Shown: piece by piece, positions 30,898-41,063 of the stretch
How the letters are laid out: each line of letters opens with the position of its first letter
Numbering within the stretch: position 1 is the first letter of the stretch
Assembly (NCBI GenBank): GCA_022448085.1
Contig: JAKUTH010000004.1
Coordinates: 14,883-78,882 of the forward strand
Origin: Pseudomonadales bacterium
GTDB lineage: Bacteria > Pseudomonadota > Gammaproteobacteria > Pseudomonadales > Azotimanducaceae
Direction of reading: 5' to 3'
DNA length: 64,000 nt
Notes under the pieces: model-generated
The model's input: the letters and a program-made list of their open reading frames with translations, nothing else
What the model was told of the DNA's origin: nothing
Database searches by the model: none
Translations under genes and position numbers: made by a program

Positions 30898-32063
30898 TCC
30901 AAATGCACGATAACGAAGAAGTACTGACGTTCGCTGAATTCGCGCTGCCGCCTACGATTACGGCGGCTATCGATGATCTTGGCTTTACACATTGCACCCC
31001 AATACAAGGCGCGGTACTTCCATATAGCCTCTCTGATTACGACGTTACCGGACAGGCACAGACAGGCACGGGTAAAACCGCCGCATTCCTAATCACAATT
31101 CTTACGCAACAGGTCGAGTTCCCAACGGAGAAATCGGGCCCCGTGGGCACGCCGAGGGCGCTGATACTCGCGCCAACGAGGGAACTTGCACTGCAGATCG
31201 AGGCAGATGCCCGCGATTTATCGCGTCACATGAGTGCCCACGTGGTCGCCGTGGTTGGTGGTTTGGATTTGGATCGGCAGCAACAACAACTCGAAAGACG
31301 TCCCGTTGATATTCTCGTCGCAACACCCGGACGGTTGATTGACTTTTGTAACCGGCGCGTCGTCAGCCTGCGCGAAGTCGAGGTTCTAGTCATCGACGAA
31401 GCAGACCGTATGCTCGATATGGGATTTATCCCAGACGTTCGCCGCATCGTCTATCAAACACCGAAGAAACGTGATCGCCAAACGCTCTTCTTTAGCGCCA
31501 CATTCAATGACGACGTGATGAATCTAGCTAATCAATGGACTGTCGACCCCATGCATGTCGTCATTCACCCTGAGCAAGTCGCCGTCGACTCCGTCGATCA
31601 ACGTTTCTGGCACACCTCGAAAGCCGACAAAGCGGGCACGCTCGTGCAATTTATTCAACATAAGAAACCTTCGCACACACTCGTATTCGTCAATCGCAGG
31701 GATCAGGCTCGGCATCTGGTATCGCACCTAAATCGCCAGGGCATCGAGTGCGAGGGACTTGCGGGCGATATCCCACAACGCAAACGGCTAGCAACGCTTA
31801 ACCGATTTAAAGAAGGTAAAACCAATCTCGTTATAGCGACCGATGTCGCGGGTCGAGGCATACACGTTGAAGGCATTAGCCACGTAATCAATTACGACCT
31901 ACCCGACGACGCTGAAGACTACGTCCACCGCATTGGTCGAACCGGTCGAGCGGGGGCTTCAGGCATATCGATTAGCTTCGTTTCCGAAGATGATGCTTTT
32001 AATGTTCCGGCGATCGAGGCGTTCATCGGAGAAGAGATCGTTTGCACGCACCCTGATCTTTGA
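30894..32063 (+). CDS. DEAD-box ATP-dependent RNA helicase (core only)
   Basis: Q-motif region, AQTGTGKT, DEAD, SAT and HRIGRTGRAG. The start is either TTG 30894 (overlapping the upstream stop) or ATG 30903. Confidence 0.9.
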   Translation: MIQMHDNEEVLTFAEFALPPTITAAIDDLGFTHCTPIQGAVLPYSLSDYDVTGQAQTGTGKTAAFLITILTQQVEFPTEKSGPVGTPRALILAPTRELALQIEADARDLSRHMSAHVVAVVGGLDLDRQQQQLERRPVDILVATPGRLIDFCNRRVVSLREVEVLVIDEADRMLDMGFIPDVRRIVYQTPKKRDRQTLFFSATFNDDVMNLANQWTVDPMHVVIHPEQVAVDSVDQRFWHTSKADKAGTLVQFIQHKKPSHTLVFVNRRDQARHLVSHLNRQGIECEGLAGDIPQRKRLATLNRFKEGKTNLVIATDVAGRGIHVEGISHVINYDLPDDAEDYVHRIGRTGRAGASGISISFVSEDDAFNVPAIEAFIGEEIVCTHPDL

Positions 32064-32114
32064 AATAGACCGGAGGAGGTTTCCGACCATGTTCGTTTTA
32101 GGCAAACTCGTGAC

Positions 32115-32936
32115 ATGAGCCAAACCACTCCCATCGCGATCGTGCAAATGTGCGCAACCGCAGACGTCACGGCGAATCTTGAAACGACGCGCAAACTCTC
32201 AGATGCAGCTGCGAATGCCGGTGCTCAGGTGGTGTTCCTTCCGGAAGCTTTCGCGTACATCGGCTCCGACCGTGACCGCCAACCGTGGTTGGAAAATCTG
32301 CCGGCTGGTGGACCGATATTGGAAACGTGTCGAGAAATCGCGCAAGCCCATCGAGTCGACGTTGTGGCCGGTGGTTTCCCTGAACGCGCAGGCGACAATC
32401 GCTCCTACAATACCTGCATACATGTCGACCCAAACGGCGTTCTGGCCGCACGATATCGAAAAATTCACCTCTTTGACGTCGACCTAGCCGACGGAACGCG
32501 TCTACTTGAATCAAAATCGACTGTCCCGGGTGTTGAAGCGGTCACCACACGAATGCCATTCGGCACGTTAGGGCTCAGCGTTTGTTATGACGTTCGATTC
32601 CCCGCCCTCTACCAGGATTTGGTAGACGCGGGCTCGATTGCCATAACAATCCCAAGCGCTTTTACCAAAACCACGGGCCAGGACCATTGGCACGTGTTGC
32701 TGCGAGCGCGCGCTATCGAATGCCAAGCGTACGTGATCGCACCGGCACAGCATGGCGCGCATGGACATCGCAATCGTCAATCGTTCGGGCACGCTCTCGT
32801 TGTTGACCCGTGGGGACGAATCGTCGCTGAATGCGATGACGGTGACGGCTTCGCCATTGCATCCATTGATCCCGCGGAAGTTGAGCGGGTCCGCCGCGAG
32901 CTACCCAGCCTAGCGAATCGCCGAACGTGGCATTGA
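32115..32936 (+). CDS. carbon-nitrogen hydrolase (nitrilase superfamily, Nit/omega-amidase-like)
   Basis: 273 aa with a Glu-Lys-Cys triad context (FLPEAF, YRKIHLFD, GLSVCYDVRFP). Confidence 0.88.
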   Translation: MSQTTPIAIVQMCATADVTANLETTRKLSDAAANAGAQVVFLPEAFAYIGSDRDRQPWLENLPAGGPILETCREIAQAHRVDVVAGGFPERAGDNRSYNTCIHVDPNGVLAARYRKIHLFDVDLADGTRLLESKSTVPGVEAVTTRMPFGTLGLSVCYDVRFPALYQDLVDAGSIAITIPSAFTKTTGQDHWHVLLRARAIECQAYVIAPAQHGAHGHRNRQSFGHALVVDPWGRIVAECDDGDGFAIASIDPAEVERVRRELPSLANRRTWH

Positions 32937-33997
32937 GCGATAAGGCCCATCGTCCCAGCAATGCCCTGCTGACGGTCGCAGCCATCGTGATCATCATCGC
33001 CGGCATCAAGGCGGCGGAAGACATCGTGGTGCCGTTTCTGTTGGCGGTATTCATTGCGACCCTCGCCGCTACACCGATTTTCTGGCTGAAACGATCGCGG
33101 GTGCCAATTGCGGTCGCAATCACTCTGGTTTGTGCGGCATTAATAGTCGTCTTGCTCGGGCTGGGCTTACTAGTCGCAGACTCCATACAGCAGTTTTCGA
33201 CACAACAAAGCTTCTACGAAGCCCGACTCCGAGACCTGATCGGTCTCTTAGGACCCACCCTAAATCGTCTTGGCATTCCCTCGTCTGCTGAATTATTTAG
33301 CTCTCAATTTGATCTGGGCAGTGCGCTTTCACTCGCCGCCAATACGGTACGTGGGTTTGGGAGCGCGCTCTCGAACGGTTTTCTCATTTTACTAACCGTC
33401 ATCTTTATCGTCGCCGAAGCCTCTAGTTTTCCATCAAAACTCCGATCTGTACTCTCCAATCCTGAACGCGATCTAGCGCACTTCGATCGTTTTATCGCCA
33501 ACGTCAATCGATACATCGCCATCAAAACAACCGTCAGCGTTGCCACCGGGGTCACAGTCACATGCCTCTTGGCGTTAATCGGAATCGACTTCCCATTGTT
33601 GTGGGGGGTCCTGGCGTTCATGCTGAATTACGTACCGACGATTGGCAGCATCATTGCGGCGATACCCGCAGTATTGCTCGCTCTAGTCCAACTCGGCCCA
33701 ATTACCGCGATCAGCACATTGGCGTTTTACGTTCTTGTCAACGTCATAATGGGCAACGTGGTGGAACCCAAATTCATGGGGCGGGGACTCGGTCTTTCAA
33801 CGTTGGTAGTCTTCGTTTCGTTAGTGTTTTGGGGTTGGGTACTCGGCCCCGTTGGCATGCTTCTCTCTGTCCCACTTACCATCACCGCCAAGATTGCGTT
33901 GGAGGCTAACCCTGCAACCCAGTGGATTGCTTATTTGTTGGGCCCGGCAGAATCAGGTCCGGTCGCGGAACGCGTAGACGAAACCGACGAAGAATGA
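32927..33997 (+). CDS. AI-2E family (PerM/YdiK-like) transporter
   Basis: 356 aa, polytopic, with the conserved NYVPTIGSIIAAIP and FWGWVLGPVGMLLSVPLT. Confidence 0.85.
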   Translation: MALSDKAHRPSNALLTVAAIVIIIAGIKAAEDIVVPFLLAVFIATLAATPIFWLKRSRVPIAVAITLVCAALIVVLLGLGLLVADSIQQFSTQQSFYEARLRDLIGLLGPTLNRLGIPSSAELFSSQFDLGSALSLAANTVRGFGSALSNGFLILLTVIFIVAEASSFPSKLRSVLSNPERDLAHFDRFIANVNRYIAIKTTVSVATGVTVTCLLALIGIDFPLLWGVLAFMLNYVPTIGSIIAAIPAVLLALVQLGPITAISTLAFYVLVNVIMGNVVEPKFMGRGLGLSTLVVFVSLVFWGWVLGPVGMLLSVPLTITAKIALEANPATQWIAYLLGPAESGPVAERVDETDEE

Positions 33998-35073
33998 GCT
34001 ACGAGCGCAACAATATTAGGGCGATGGAAGGTTACACCTACGGTGAACAACCCTCAGACAAAGGCGTTGTAAAGCTCAATACCAACGAAAACCCCTACCC
34101 ACCAAGTCCGCTTATTAAATCGGCTCTGAAGAACTTTGATAGTGATGTTCTGCGACGCTATCCCGATCCTTCAGCAAGTAGCCTTCGCAAGTTCGTCGCA
34201 TCTCGATTTGATGTATCCGCCGACAACGTCCTCGTCACCAACGGCGGTGACGAGGGCCTTCGCCTTGCCGTCACCACTCTGGTGAACCCCAAAGGGGCAA
34301 TAGGAATGGTTGATCCAAGCTATTCGCTGTATCCAGTCCTGGCCAATATCCAAGACTGTCGCATCGAGTCGCTGCGACTAGAAAAAGACTGGGCATTACC
34401 CAAAGGATTTTATGAGCGGATAAACGCGTCGGGCGCGCAGCTCACGTGCCTCGTGAACCCCCACGCACCCAGCGGTGTTCTCTGCTCCGTCGACGTACTC
34501 CGTGAAATAGCTAATGGGCTAGAGGGCGTTCTCCTAATCGACGAGGCCTACGTCGATTTCGTCGACCCCATGCTAGGCCATAGTTCCATTCCTTTGGTCC
34601 ACGAGTTCGACAACGTTTTGGTACTTCGCACCCTAAGCAAAGGGTATTCGCTGGCAGGTCTGCGACTCGGTTTCCTTATCGGAAACGCTGCCTTGATTGA
34701 ACCAATGGCCACCAAGACCCGCGATAGCTACAACATCGATACGATCACGCAGTCTCTGGCGTTGGTTGCCCTTAACGATTCCAACCACGCACTCATAAAT
34801 TGCGAAAAAGTCAGAGCAGAGCGTGGTCGAATACGCAACGAATTGTGCAGGATCGGTTTTACCGTCCCAGAATCGCAAACGAATTTTCTACTAGCGGAAG
34901 TTCCCGGGCCCATGAACGCGTCGACGCTATATGAGTCGCTTCACGACGCACAAATACTGGTGCGCTATTTTGATTCGACGCCGCTCGACCGTTGCTTACG
35001 TATAACCATCGGTACACCGGAAGAGAACGATCGGTTCTTAAAGACCGTTCGTCGGATTCTCCAAGCAAGCTAA
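33994..35073 (+). CDS. hisC: histidinol-phosphate aminotransferase
   Basis: ATG at 33994 (ATGA overlap with the upstream stop). Contains LNTNENPYPPSP, DEAYVDF and RTLSKGYSLAGLRLG (PLP Lys). The track start at 33922 is an over-extension. Confidence 0.88.
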   Translation: MSYERNNIRAMEGYTYGEQPSDKGVVKLNTNENPYPPSPLIKSALKNFDSDVLRRYPDPSASSLRKFVASRFDVSADNVLVTNGGDEGLRLAVTTLVNPKGAIGMVDPSYSLYPVLANIQDCRIESLRLEKDWALPKGFYERINASGAQLTCLVNPHAPSGVLCSVDVLREIANGLEGVLLIDEAYVDFVDPMLGHSSIPLVHEFDNVLVLRTLSKGYSLAGLRLGFLIGNAALIEPMATKTRDSYNIDTITQSLALVALNDSNHALINCEKVRAERGRIRNELCRIGFTVPESQTNFLLAEVPGPMNASTLYESLHDAQILVRYFDSTPLDRCLRITIGTPEENDRFLKTVRRILQAS

Positions 35074-35085
35074 CAGAGAATTTCA

Positions 35086-35814
35086 TTGCTTTTCCCGCTC
35101 ACAGACGACAATCCGACCCGTCGACGCCCAGTCGCCACCTACGTAATCATCGGCCTTAACGTGGTTGCCTGGGCGCTATTCCAACGCTTTGGTTTCGACC
35201 CCGGATTTTCGGAGTCTCTGTGCCGTTACGGTCTCGTTCCCGGCGATCTTCTGGGGACCATCGCACCAGGGAGCAAACTACGTATTGCCCAAAATCTAAT
35301 CTGTCAGTTCGATGGCGAGACCAACGTCGTCACACTGGTCTCTTCAATGTTCATGCACGGGGGTTGGTTACACCTAATCGGAAATATGTGGTTCTTGTGG
35401 GTCTTCGGCGACAACGTCGAAGACTCAATGGGTGCATTTCGTTTTACGCTTTTCTATTTACTCGCCGGCTTGGTCGCCGCAGCGGCTCAGATCGCGACCG
35501 ACACAACCAGTGTGATCCCCATGGTGGGCGCTTCTGGCGCCATCGGCGGCGTCATGGGTGCTTATGCTGTTTTATATCCTCGAGCCCGAGTTCGAACGCT
35601 GATCTTTCTCGGTTTCTTCATCACGACAGTGTCCATTCCCGCTCTTTTCATTCTTGGTTGGTGGTTTGTCGTCCAGCTTATCTCGGGCCTGCCATCACTC
35701 GGTCGGCCAGGGGGAGGCGTCGCGTTCTGGGCACACATCGGTGGCTTTATCGCCGGCGTCTTGCTCGTCACGCTTTTTCGTCAGCGCTCGTCGAATACCA
35801 TCGGCGGGACCTAA
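35086..35814 (+). CDS. rhomboid-family intramembrane serine protease
   Basis: 242 aa with HGGWLHLIGNMWFLW, the catalytic GASGAIGGVMG and a later H in AHIGGF. Confidence 0.88.
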   Translation: MLFPLTDDNPTRRRPVATYVIIGLNVVAWALFQRFGFDPGFSESLCRYGLVPGDLLGTIAPGSKLRIAQNLICQFDGETNVVTLVSSMFMHGGWLHLIGNMWFLWVFGDNVEDSMGAFRFTLFYLLAGLVAAAAQIATDTTSVIPMVGASGAIGGVMGAYAVLYPRARVRTLIFLGFFITTVSIPALFILGWWFVVQLISGLPSLGRPGGGVAFWAHIGGFIAGVLLVTLFRQRSSNTIGGT

Positions 35815-35895
35815 AGAAAAGTAGCTCGGCACTTCCCAAGCTACAAGACCGCTGTTAGTTTTGCTCGCTAGATCGCGCATAGTCGATAAGGATCA

Positions 35896-36807
35896 TTGAT
35901 GGACCACCCGCTGCCGGCACTAAGTCTCGCCGCCGTTCCAGGACGCCGTCAACGAACGTTGGATCTCGCCCGTGAGATCGAGCAGCGGGGCTTCCCCGGA
36001 ATATATTGTCCGAGTCTGTCAGACGGCCTCGCATTATGTGAAGCACTCGCATTCACCACGTCAGAGGTGCGCTTCGGGACAAGCATACAGCCGATCTACA
36101 CCCGCAACGTCCAAGAATTTGCACAGATGGCAAGCTTCATTCACGAAGTATCAGGCGGACGATTCGACTTTGGCGTTGGCGTCAGCCATGAACCGGCGAT
36201 GAACCGGTTGGGCATCAAGCAAGGGAAACCACTGGCCGATATGCGCAGCTTCGTTGAAGAACTGCGTGCGGTTCCGCGCGCTGGCGAACTTCCACCCATT
36301 ATCTTTGCGACGCTGCGTAAAAAGATGATTCAGCTATCGGAGACCATCGCCAACGGTATGGTATTCGCGAACGGCGCGCGCTCACATATGAAAAGTTCGC
36401 TGGCGATCTTGAGCGACCAAAGTCGTTCCGAAAACCATTTCTTCATCGGCAACATGATTCCCACGTGTGTTCACGACGATGTTGAAGCCGCCAAAGCGGT
36501 AAACCGCCGCACCCTGACCAGCTATGCGATGCTCCCAAATTACCGCAACTACTGGAAAGAGGCCGGATACGAGGAAGAAATGGATGCCGTGGAGGCAGCG
36601 GTTAACGAACGTGACTTCGACCGAGTTGCTTCTTGTCTCTCGGATCGTTGGCTCGCTGACACGACCCTATTCGGAACGGCGACCGATGTCAGGGATGGAT
36701 TAGCGGCCTGGTTTGATGCCGGCATAAAGACGCCCATTATCGTACCGTCGGCGGTTGAGGGCGGACAATTTAAAGCGTTCGAAGAATTCTTTGAACTTTG
36801 GGATTAG
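35896..36807 (+). CDS. LLM-class (luciferase-like) flavin-dependent oxidoreductase
   Basis: 303 aa with a TIM-barrel LLM pattern (FGTSIQPIYTR..., GRFDFGVGVSH). Confidence 0.75.
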   Translation: MMDHPLPALSLAAVPGRRQRTLDLAREIEQRGFPGIYCPSLSDGLALCEALAFTTSEVRFGTSIQPIYTRNVQEFAQMASFIHEVSGGRFDFGVGVSHEPAMNRLGIKQGKPLADMRSFVEELRAVPRAGELPPIIFATLRKKMIQLSETIANGMVFANGARSHMKSSLAILSDQSRSENHFFIGNMIPTCVHDDVEAAKAVNRRTLTSYAMLPNYRNYWKEAGYEEEMDAVEAAVNERDFDRVASCLSDRWLADTTLFGTATDVRDGLAAWFDAGIKTPIIVPSAVEGGQFKAFEEFFELWD

Positions 36808-36840
36808 GTTCGAGTTCGAAACCGGAAGACCCCGCCACGC

Positions 36841-37245
36841 TCATCCCGGCTGATAGCGAAGCAACGTTACGGCTTCTGTTACCTGATCGAAATAGGGTTG
36901 TAAACGCATGCCTATGACAATGCCCGAGGGTTCGACGTTGACAAGTGTCGACGTCATTCGGACACCCTCGTCCAATTCAACCACGGCCAATTGTTGTGGC
37001 GTTTCATCGGCGAAGTGTGGGGCCGTCGGCTGGCGTGCCAGAGTATAGGTATAGAGGACGCCCTGACCCGATACTTCTCGCCATATAAGCAGGTCGCTCA
37101 AACAAGAGGGACACCGCGTACGCGGGTAAAATACCCACGAGTCACACCCATCACACCGCTGAATTTGAACCTTGCGCTCGTTGAGCCCATCCCAAAACGG
37201 TCGAGTCGTCCCGGATGGCCGCGGAATAGGTTTCACCAAATCCAT
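36841..37245 (-). CDS. DUF35 Zn-ribbon/OB-fold protein (thiolase partner)
   Basis: 134 aa with FWDGLNERKVQIQRCDGCDSWVFYPRTRCPSC. It lies directly downstream of the thiolase-like gene. Confidence 0.85.
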   Translation of the reverse strand: MDLVKPIPRPSGTTRPFWDGLNERKVQIQRCDGCDSWVFYPRTRCPSCLSDLLIWREVSGQGVLYTYTLARQPTAPHFADETPQQLAVVELDEGVRMTSTLVNVEPSGIVIGMRLQPYFDQVTEAVTLLRYQPG

Positions 37246-37248
37246 GCG

Positions 37249-38448
37249 CTAACCTCCTTGCAGGATAAGTGCCGCCTGCTCGCTCATGATGCCGCCCGTC
37301 CCCGATACGTATACATTATCGCAAGCGCTTACTTGGCGATCCTCAGCGCGCCCCATAATCTGCCTTGCGGCCTCAACCACCTGTGTCATCCCACCAGCAG
37401 CACCAGCTTGACCCATGCCCAACTGGCCGCCGTGCGTGTTAAGAGGGAAATTTCCGTCGTGCGTCATGCCCGAATCCATTATGAAGCGCTGGCCTTCTCC
37501 TTTGGCGCAAAAACCTGCATCTTCCAATGTCATTAACACGGTAATGGTGTAGCAGTCGTATATCTCTGCCGCGTTGATATCGCCAGGCTCCAACCCCGCC
37601 ATCGTGAACGCTTGTCTTGACGCCGGGCCCACAGGGGTATCGCACATGTCTTTTGCATACGTGGGTGTTTTGATGGCCAGGTGTTCGCCGAACCCCGTGA
37701 TCCGAACTGGACGGTGACGGCATCGCTCCGCCACTTCGCAGCTGGCGACTACCACAGCACCACCGCCGGCGACGGGCATAACGATTTCAAGCATCCGTAG
37801 AGGATCAGCAATCATTTTGCTCGCCAACACTTCTTCCGCCGTCGTCGGTTTGCCGTAAAACGCCGCAAGTGGATTCAACGCCCCATTCTGACGTTGATCG
37901 ACCACGAGTTTTGCCATGGCTTCTTCGTTATAACCGTACTGAGCGCCGTAGCGCTGCGCGATCATTGCGTAACCACAGTTCTGTGCGAGATTACCGTATG
38001 GGATTTCGAATTCGGCCTGTGGAGAACCCCATTCGTTGCTGCTGGATTGGAAAAAACGTCTTGGATCAATCGCCCTTGGCTCCGGGTTTGAAGGAATTGG
38101 GAGCGCGGGTGTGGCGCAAACAACCACGTCGGCTATGCCTAATTCGATAGCGGCCGCAGCGCGCCAAACCATCCCCACCGAGGAAGCGCCGCCAAGATCA
38201 ATGCGTTCCGCAAAATTGACCGGTTGGCCCAAATACTCAACGATCGTTGCCGGCGCAAACATCGCCGACTCACGAATGTCCGTACAAGCAATACCGTTGA
38301 CATCGGCAAGCTGAAGTCCCGCATCGTCTAGGGCCATGGCCGTCAGTTCGGACCATTGTTCTATGGTGAATAACCGTGGTCCGTTGTATTTGCGTTCGTG
38401 CTTGAATTCGGCAAAACCGACGATTGCCGCCTGTCCTCGAAGTCCCAT
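37249..38448 (-). CDS. SCP-x/thiolase-like protein (lipid-transfer type)
   Basis: 399 aa with a thiolase fold (LGGASS, C-terminal NTHGGQLGMGQAGAAG). Paired with DUF35. Confidence 0.85.
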   Translation of the reverse strand: MGLRGQAAIVGFAEFKHERKYNGPRLFTIEQWSELTAMALDDAGLQLADVNGIACTDIRESAMFAPATIVEYLGQPVNFAERIDLGGASSVGMVWRAAAAIELGIADVVVCATPALPIPSNPEPRAIDPRRFFQSSSNEWGSPQAEFEIPYGNLAQNCGYAMIAQRYGAQYGYNEEAMAKLVVDQRQNGALNPLAAFYGKPTTAEEVLASKMIADPLRMLEIVMPVAGGGAVVVASCEVAERCRHRPVRITGFGEHLAIKTPTYAKDMCDTPVGPASRQAFTMAGLEPGDINAAEIYDCYTITVLMTLEDAGFCAKGEGQRFIMDSGMTHDGNFPLNTHGGQLGMGQAGAAGGMTQVVEAARQIMGRAEDRQVSACDNVYVSGTGGIMSEQAALILQGG

Positions 38449-38528
38449 GATTTCAGTTTATCTGCGGTCCCCAGAGCGTATAGGCTACCAGCTTCGCCAC
38501 ACAACGTGCGCATCGAACGCATCATCAT

Positions 38529-39017
38529 ATGAAGCACCAGTGGCTTTGGATCATTCGACATGGCCACGCGGCTAACTCTCTCGATGTACCCGACTTCGAA
38601 CGACCGTTAACGCAACAAGGCCAAGAACAGGCCCGCGTTGTCGGACGACGCATTCGCTCGACAACCGGGGCCCCCGAATTCGTTCTCACCAGTTCGGCGC
38701 CACGCGCAACTGCAACGGCGAAACTGCTCGCAGGGGAAAGCCACGCCGTAGTCGAAGAGCAAGAGCATCTTTACATGGCGTCGGTCGACACGTTACTGGC
38801 GGCGATGTGGTCGATCCCAAGTGACATTCGTTCCGCCATCGTTGTTGGCCACAACCCCGGTGTTAGTCATCTCGCGAACTTGCTTGCAGGTCAAACGGAA
38901 TACCGACTCCCGCCGTTGGGTGCCGTATGTTTCGAAGTGACAACCCCATGGGAAGACCTTGGCTCGAGTCCCCTTCACGTCAGTCGATTCGATAAACCTA
39001 GCGCGAACGTACCGTGA
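38529..39017 (+). CDS. sixA: SixA-type histidine phosphatase family protein
   Basis: 162 aa with a WIIRHGHA (RHG) motif and a later VGHNPG. Confidence 0.8.
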   Translation: MKHQWLWIIRHGHAANSLDVPDFERPLTQQGQEQARVVGRRIRSTTGAPEFVLTSSAPRATATAKLLAGESHAVVEEQEHLYMASVDTLLAAMWSIPSDIRSAIVVGHNPGVSHLANLLAGQTEYRLPPLGAVCFEVTTPWEDLGSSPLHVSRFDKPSANVP

Positions 39018-39145
39018 CCATCGCTCTTTTGTCCGATAGATTCCGGGCTACCAGGCCCGTCAAAATGGGGCGATGGAATAGACATAAAGGACACTAACAG
39101 CGCTGGACGGATGACCTGTAAGACGGTATACGTGGCATCGTTTGT

Positions 39146-39340
39146 GTGGCTGAAAAGGAACCCTTCCCTATGGTGTCTTTCATCACTTGCATCGCCGTTC
39201 TCGGAATCGCCTACGGTGTCTATCGGCTCGTCGACCAATTGCCAGACGTGCTTTTTCGCGTTTCCGAAATACAGCGTGATATCGCGGACATTCGCCGAAA
39301 ATTGGTGGCAGATGAGCGCGAACCCGGCGAAGCCGAATAG
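39146..39340 (+). CDS. small hypothetical membrane protein
   Basis: 64 aa ORF with one predicted TM helix (VSFITCIAVLGIAYGVYRLV) and a charged tail. I recognise no homolog. A competing antisense ORF exists. Confidence 0.3.
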   Translation: MAEKEPFPMVSFITCIAVLGIAYGVYRLVDQLPDVLFRVSEIQRDIADIRRKLVADEREPGEAE

Positions 39341-39403
39341 ACTCGCCCGTCAATCCCACCTCGGATCGCCAAGGAGCGCATTGCTAATGACACGGCAATC
39401 CAA

Positions 39404-39973
39404 GTGACGGACCCAGTCCGTCTCCTCAAAGCAGACCGAGGCCACGCTAGAAACGCGGGAGACCCTTGGGCCGATCTTTGTGTCGTCGCTAGTATTAGCC
39501 CGAGCGGGGAATCCCGATCGCGCGTTCTAGTATTGCGCGACCTTGACGACCAACTCGCGCTCTTCTTCAACGCTTCGAGTCCAAAAAGCGAAGAATTTAA
39601 GCAATCGGAATCGCTGTCTATTCTGCTGTATTTACACGCACTGAAAGTTCAATATCGCCTAACCGCCGCATTCACCGAAGTCGACTCCAACGTTGTCGCC
39701 CAAAGTTGGAAACTACGCCCTCTGGTTCCTAGAAAATTGGATTGGCTCTACACGACCCACCCCCAAAGCTCACTTGTCCCGTCAAGAGAAGCGTTACTCG
39801 ACGCAATTGACCGTATCCCAGAGACCACGACCGCCCCACCAACCGCACGGGGGTACGTCCTGGTTCCAACGGAAATTGAGCGCCTCGATCTTGATCAGCC
39901 AAACGGCATACATGATCGGCGCCGCTATACGCGGTCGGGTGATAACTGGCACGAAGCCGTATTGATCCCTTAA
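39404..39973 (+). CDS. pyridoxamine 5'-phosphate oxidase family protein (PdxH-like)
   Basis: 189 aa. The pattern DPWADLCVVASISPSGESRSRVLVLRDLD...FFNASSPKS...LLYLHALKVQYRL and a C-terminal HDRRRYTR..WHEAVLIP parallel E. coli PdxH. Confidence 0.65.
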   Translation: MTDPVRLLKADRGHARNAGDPWADLCVVASISPSGESRSRVLVLRDLDDQLALFFNASSPKSEEFKQSESLSILLYLHALKVQYRLTAAFTEVDSNVVAQSWKLRPLVPRKLDWLYTTHPQSSLVPSREALLDAIDRIPETTTAPPTARGYVLVPTEIERLDLDQPNGIHDRRRYTRSGDNWHEAVLIP

Positions 39974-39984
39974 GGTTACAAACG

Positions 39985-40941
39985 TCACCGCAACAGCGTC
40001 TCGGAACCGGCAACATCCTCGTCGGCAGGAACGATCCCCACCAACGTCGCAAAACACGTTTTCTTGGCGGTCTCCACAAAACTCGCGATGAACGCTACAG
40101 CAGCCTCATCCGGCCGCACGGCGGCGTATAGATTCGGCCATATACCCTCTTCTCCTAACGATTTAGCAACGATGTAATTCTTTTCGACGTGTTCATGGAG
40201 AGCCCAATTCGGCAGGCAAACCACTCCGCGGCCGCTAGCGACAAGCTGGATCATCATGGTCGTGAGCTCAGCGGTTCTAATTGCACTCGGCTCGACGCCT
40301 GCAGGTTCTAGAAACGAACTAAAGATGTCGAGGCGGCTCCGATCCACCGGGTACGTAATCAGGGTTTCCTCGGCTAAATCGGGAGGATTTACGCAAGGCT
40401 CTTTTGCCAAAGGATGATCGGTCGCCACGGCTAAAACCGCTTCATACCCAAAAAGCGGCATGTACGTGAGTTTCAAATCTCGAATGGGATCCGCTGTAAT
40501 CACCAAGTCGAGATCCCCTCGCACCAATGCCGGAAGGGGTTCAAAGTGGAACCCACTGGAAACGTCGAGCTCAACATCGGGCCAGCTCTCTCGATACTCG
40601 TTAATGGCTGGCAACAACCACTCAAAACAACTGTGGCACTCAATGGCCATATACAAACGCCCAGAATCACCACCTATAAGCCGTGTTACATCGTTCATAG
40701 CACCGTCGAACTGCGGCAAGATCTCGTCAGCCAGTTTCAACAACCGCGCGCCCACGGACGTGAACCGAACCGGCCGCGTTTTGCGCACAAAAAGGGAGCA
40801 ACCTAGGCGGTTTTCGAGATCTTTGAGCTGGTGGGACAGCGCGGACTGAGTCAAAAATAAGCGTTCAGCCGCTTCGACTAAACTGCCGGCATTACGCAGA
40901 GCGAGTAGTGTTCGCAGATGGCGTAGCTCTACTTTAGACAT
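39985..40941 (-). CDS. metR: LysR-family methionine regulator MetR
   Basis: 318 aa with an HTH (LTQSALSHQLKDLENRLGCSLFVRKTRP) plus IECHSC, LITYPV.RSRLD and LYAAVR blocks, as in E. coli MetR. Confidence 0.85.
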   Translation of the reverse strand: MSKVELRHLRTLLALRNAGSLVEAAERLFLTQSALSHQLKDLENRLGCSLFVRKTRPVRFTSVGARLLKLADEILPQFDGAMNDVTRLIGGDSGRLYMAIECHSCFEWLLPAINEYRESWPDVELDVSSGFHFEPLPALVRGDLDLVITADPIRDLKLTYMPLFGYEAVLAVATDHPLAKEPCVNPPDLAEETLITYPVDRSRLDIFSSFLEPAGVEPSAIRTAELTTMMIQLVASGRGVVCLPNWALHEHVEKNYIVAKSLGEEGIWPNLYAAVRPDEAAVAFIASFVETAKKTCFATLVGIVPADEDVAGSETLLR

Positions 40942-41063
40942 GAGATAGTCTCATTTAATTACATAAAATCATGCACATATTTCACGTTTAGTCAACGCAT
41001 CGTGCTGAAGAAGAGAGGGATGAGGCGACTACCCAAGACGCACTCTACCTAAAAACAAAGAGG

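Noticed and set aside
35220-35858. Long alternative-frame or antisense ORFs inside confident genes. Examples: 212 aa at 35220..35858 within the rhomboid gene, 191 aa at 28450..29025, 189 aa at 46883..47452, 197 aa at 58650..59243, 188 aa at 57717..58283, 181 aa at 36991..37536 and 168 aa at 23049..23555.
   Set aside because: Their translations are Arg/Ser/Pro/Thr-rich with no recognisable motifs. Each is fully shadowed by a gene with clear family signatures, which is the typical open-frame artefact of this base composition.
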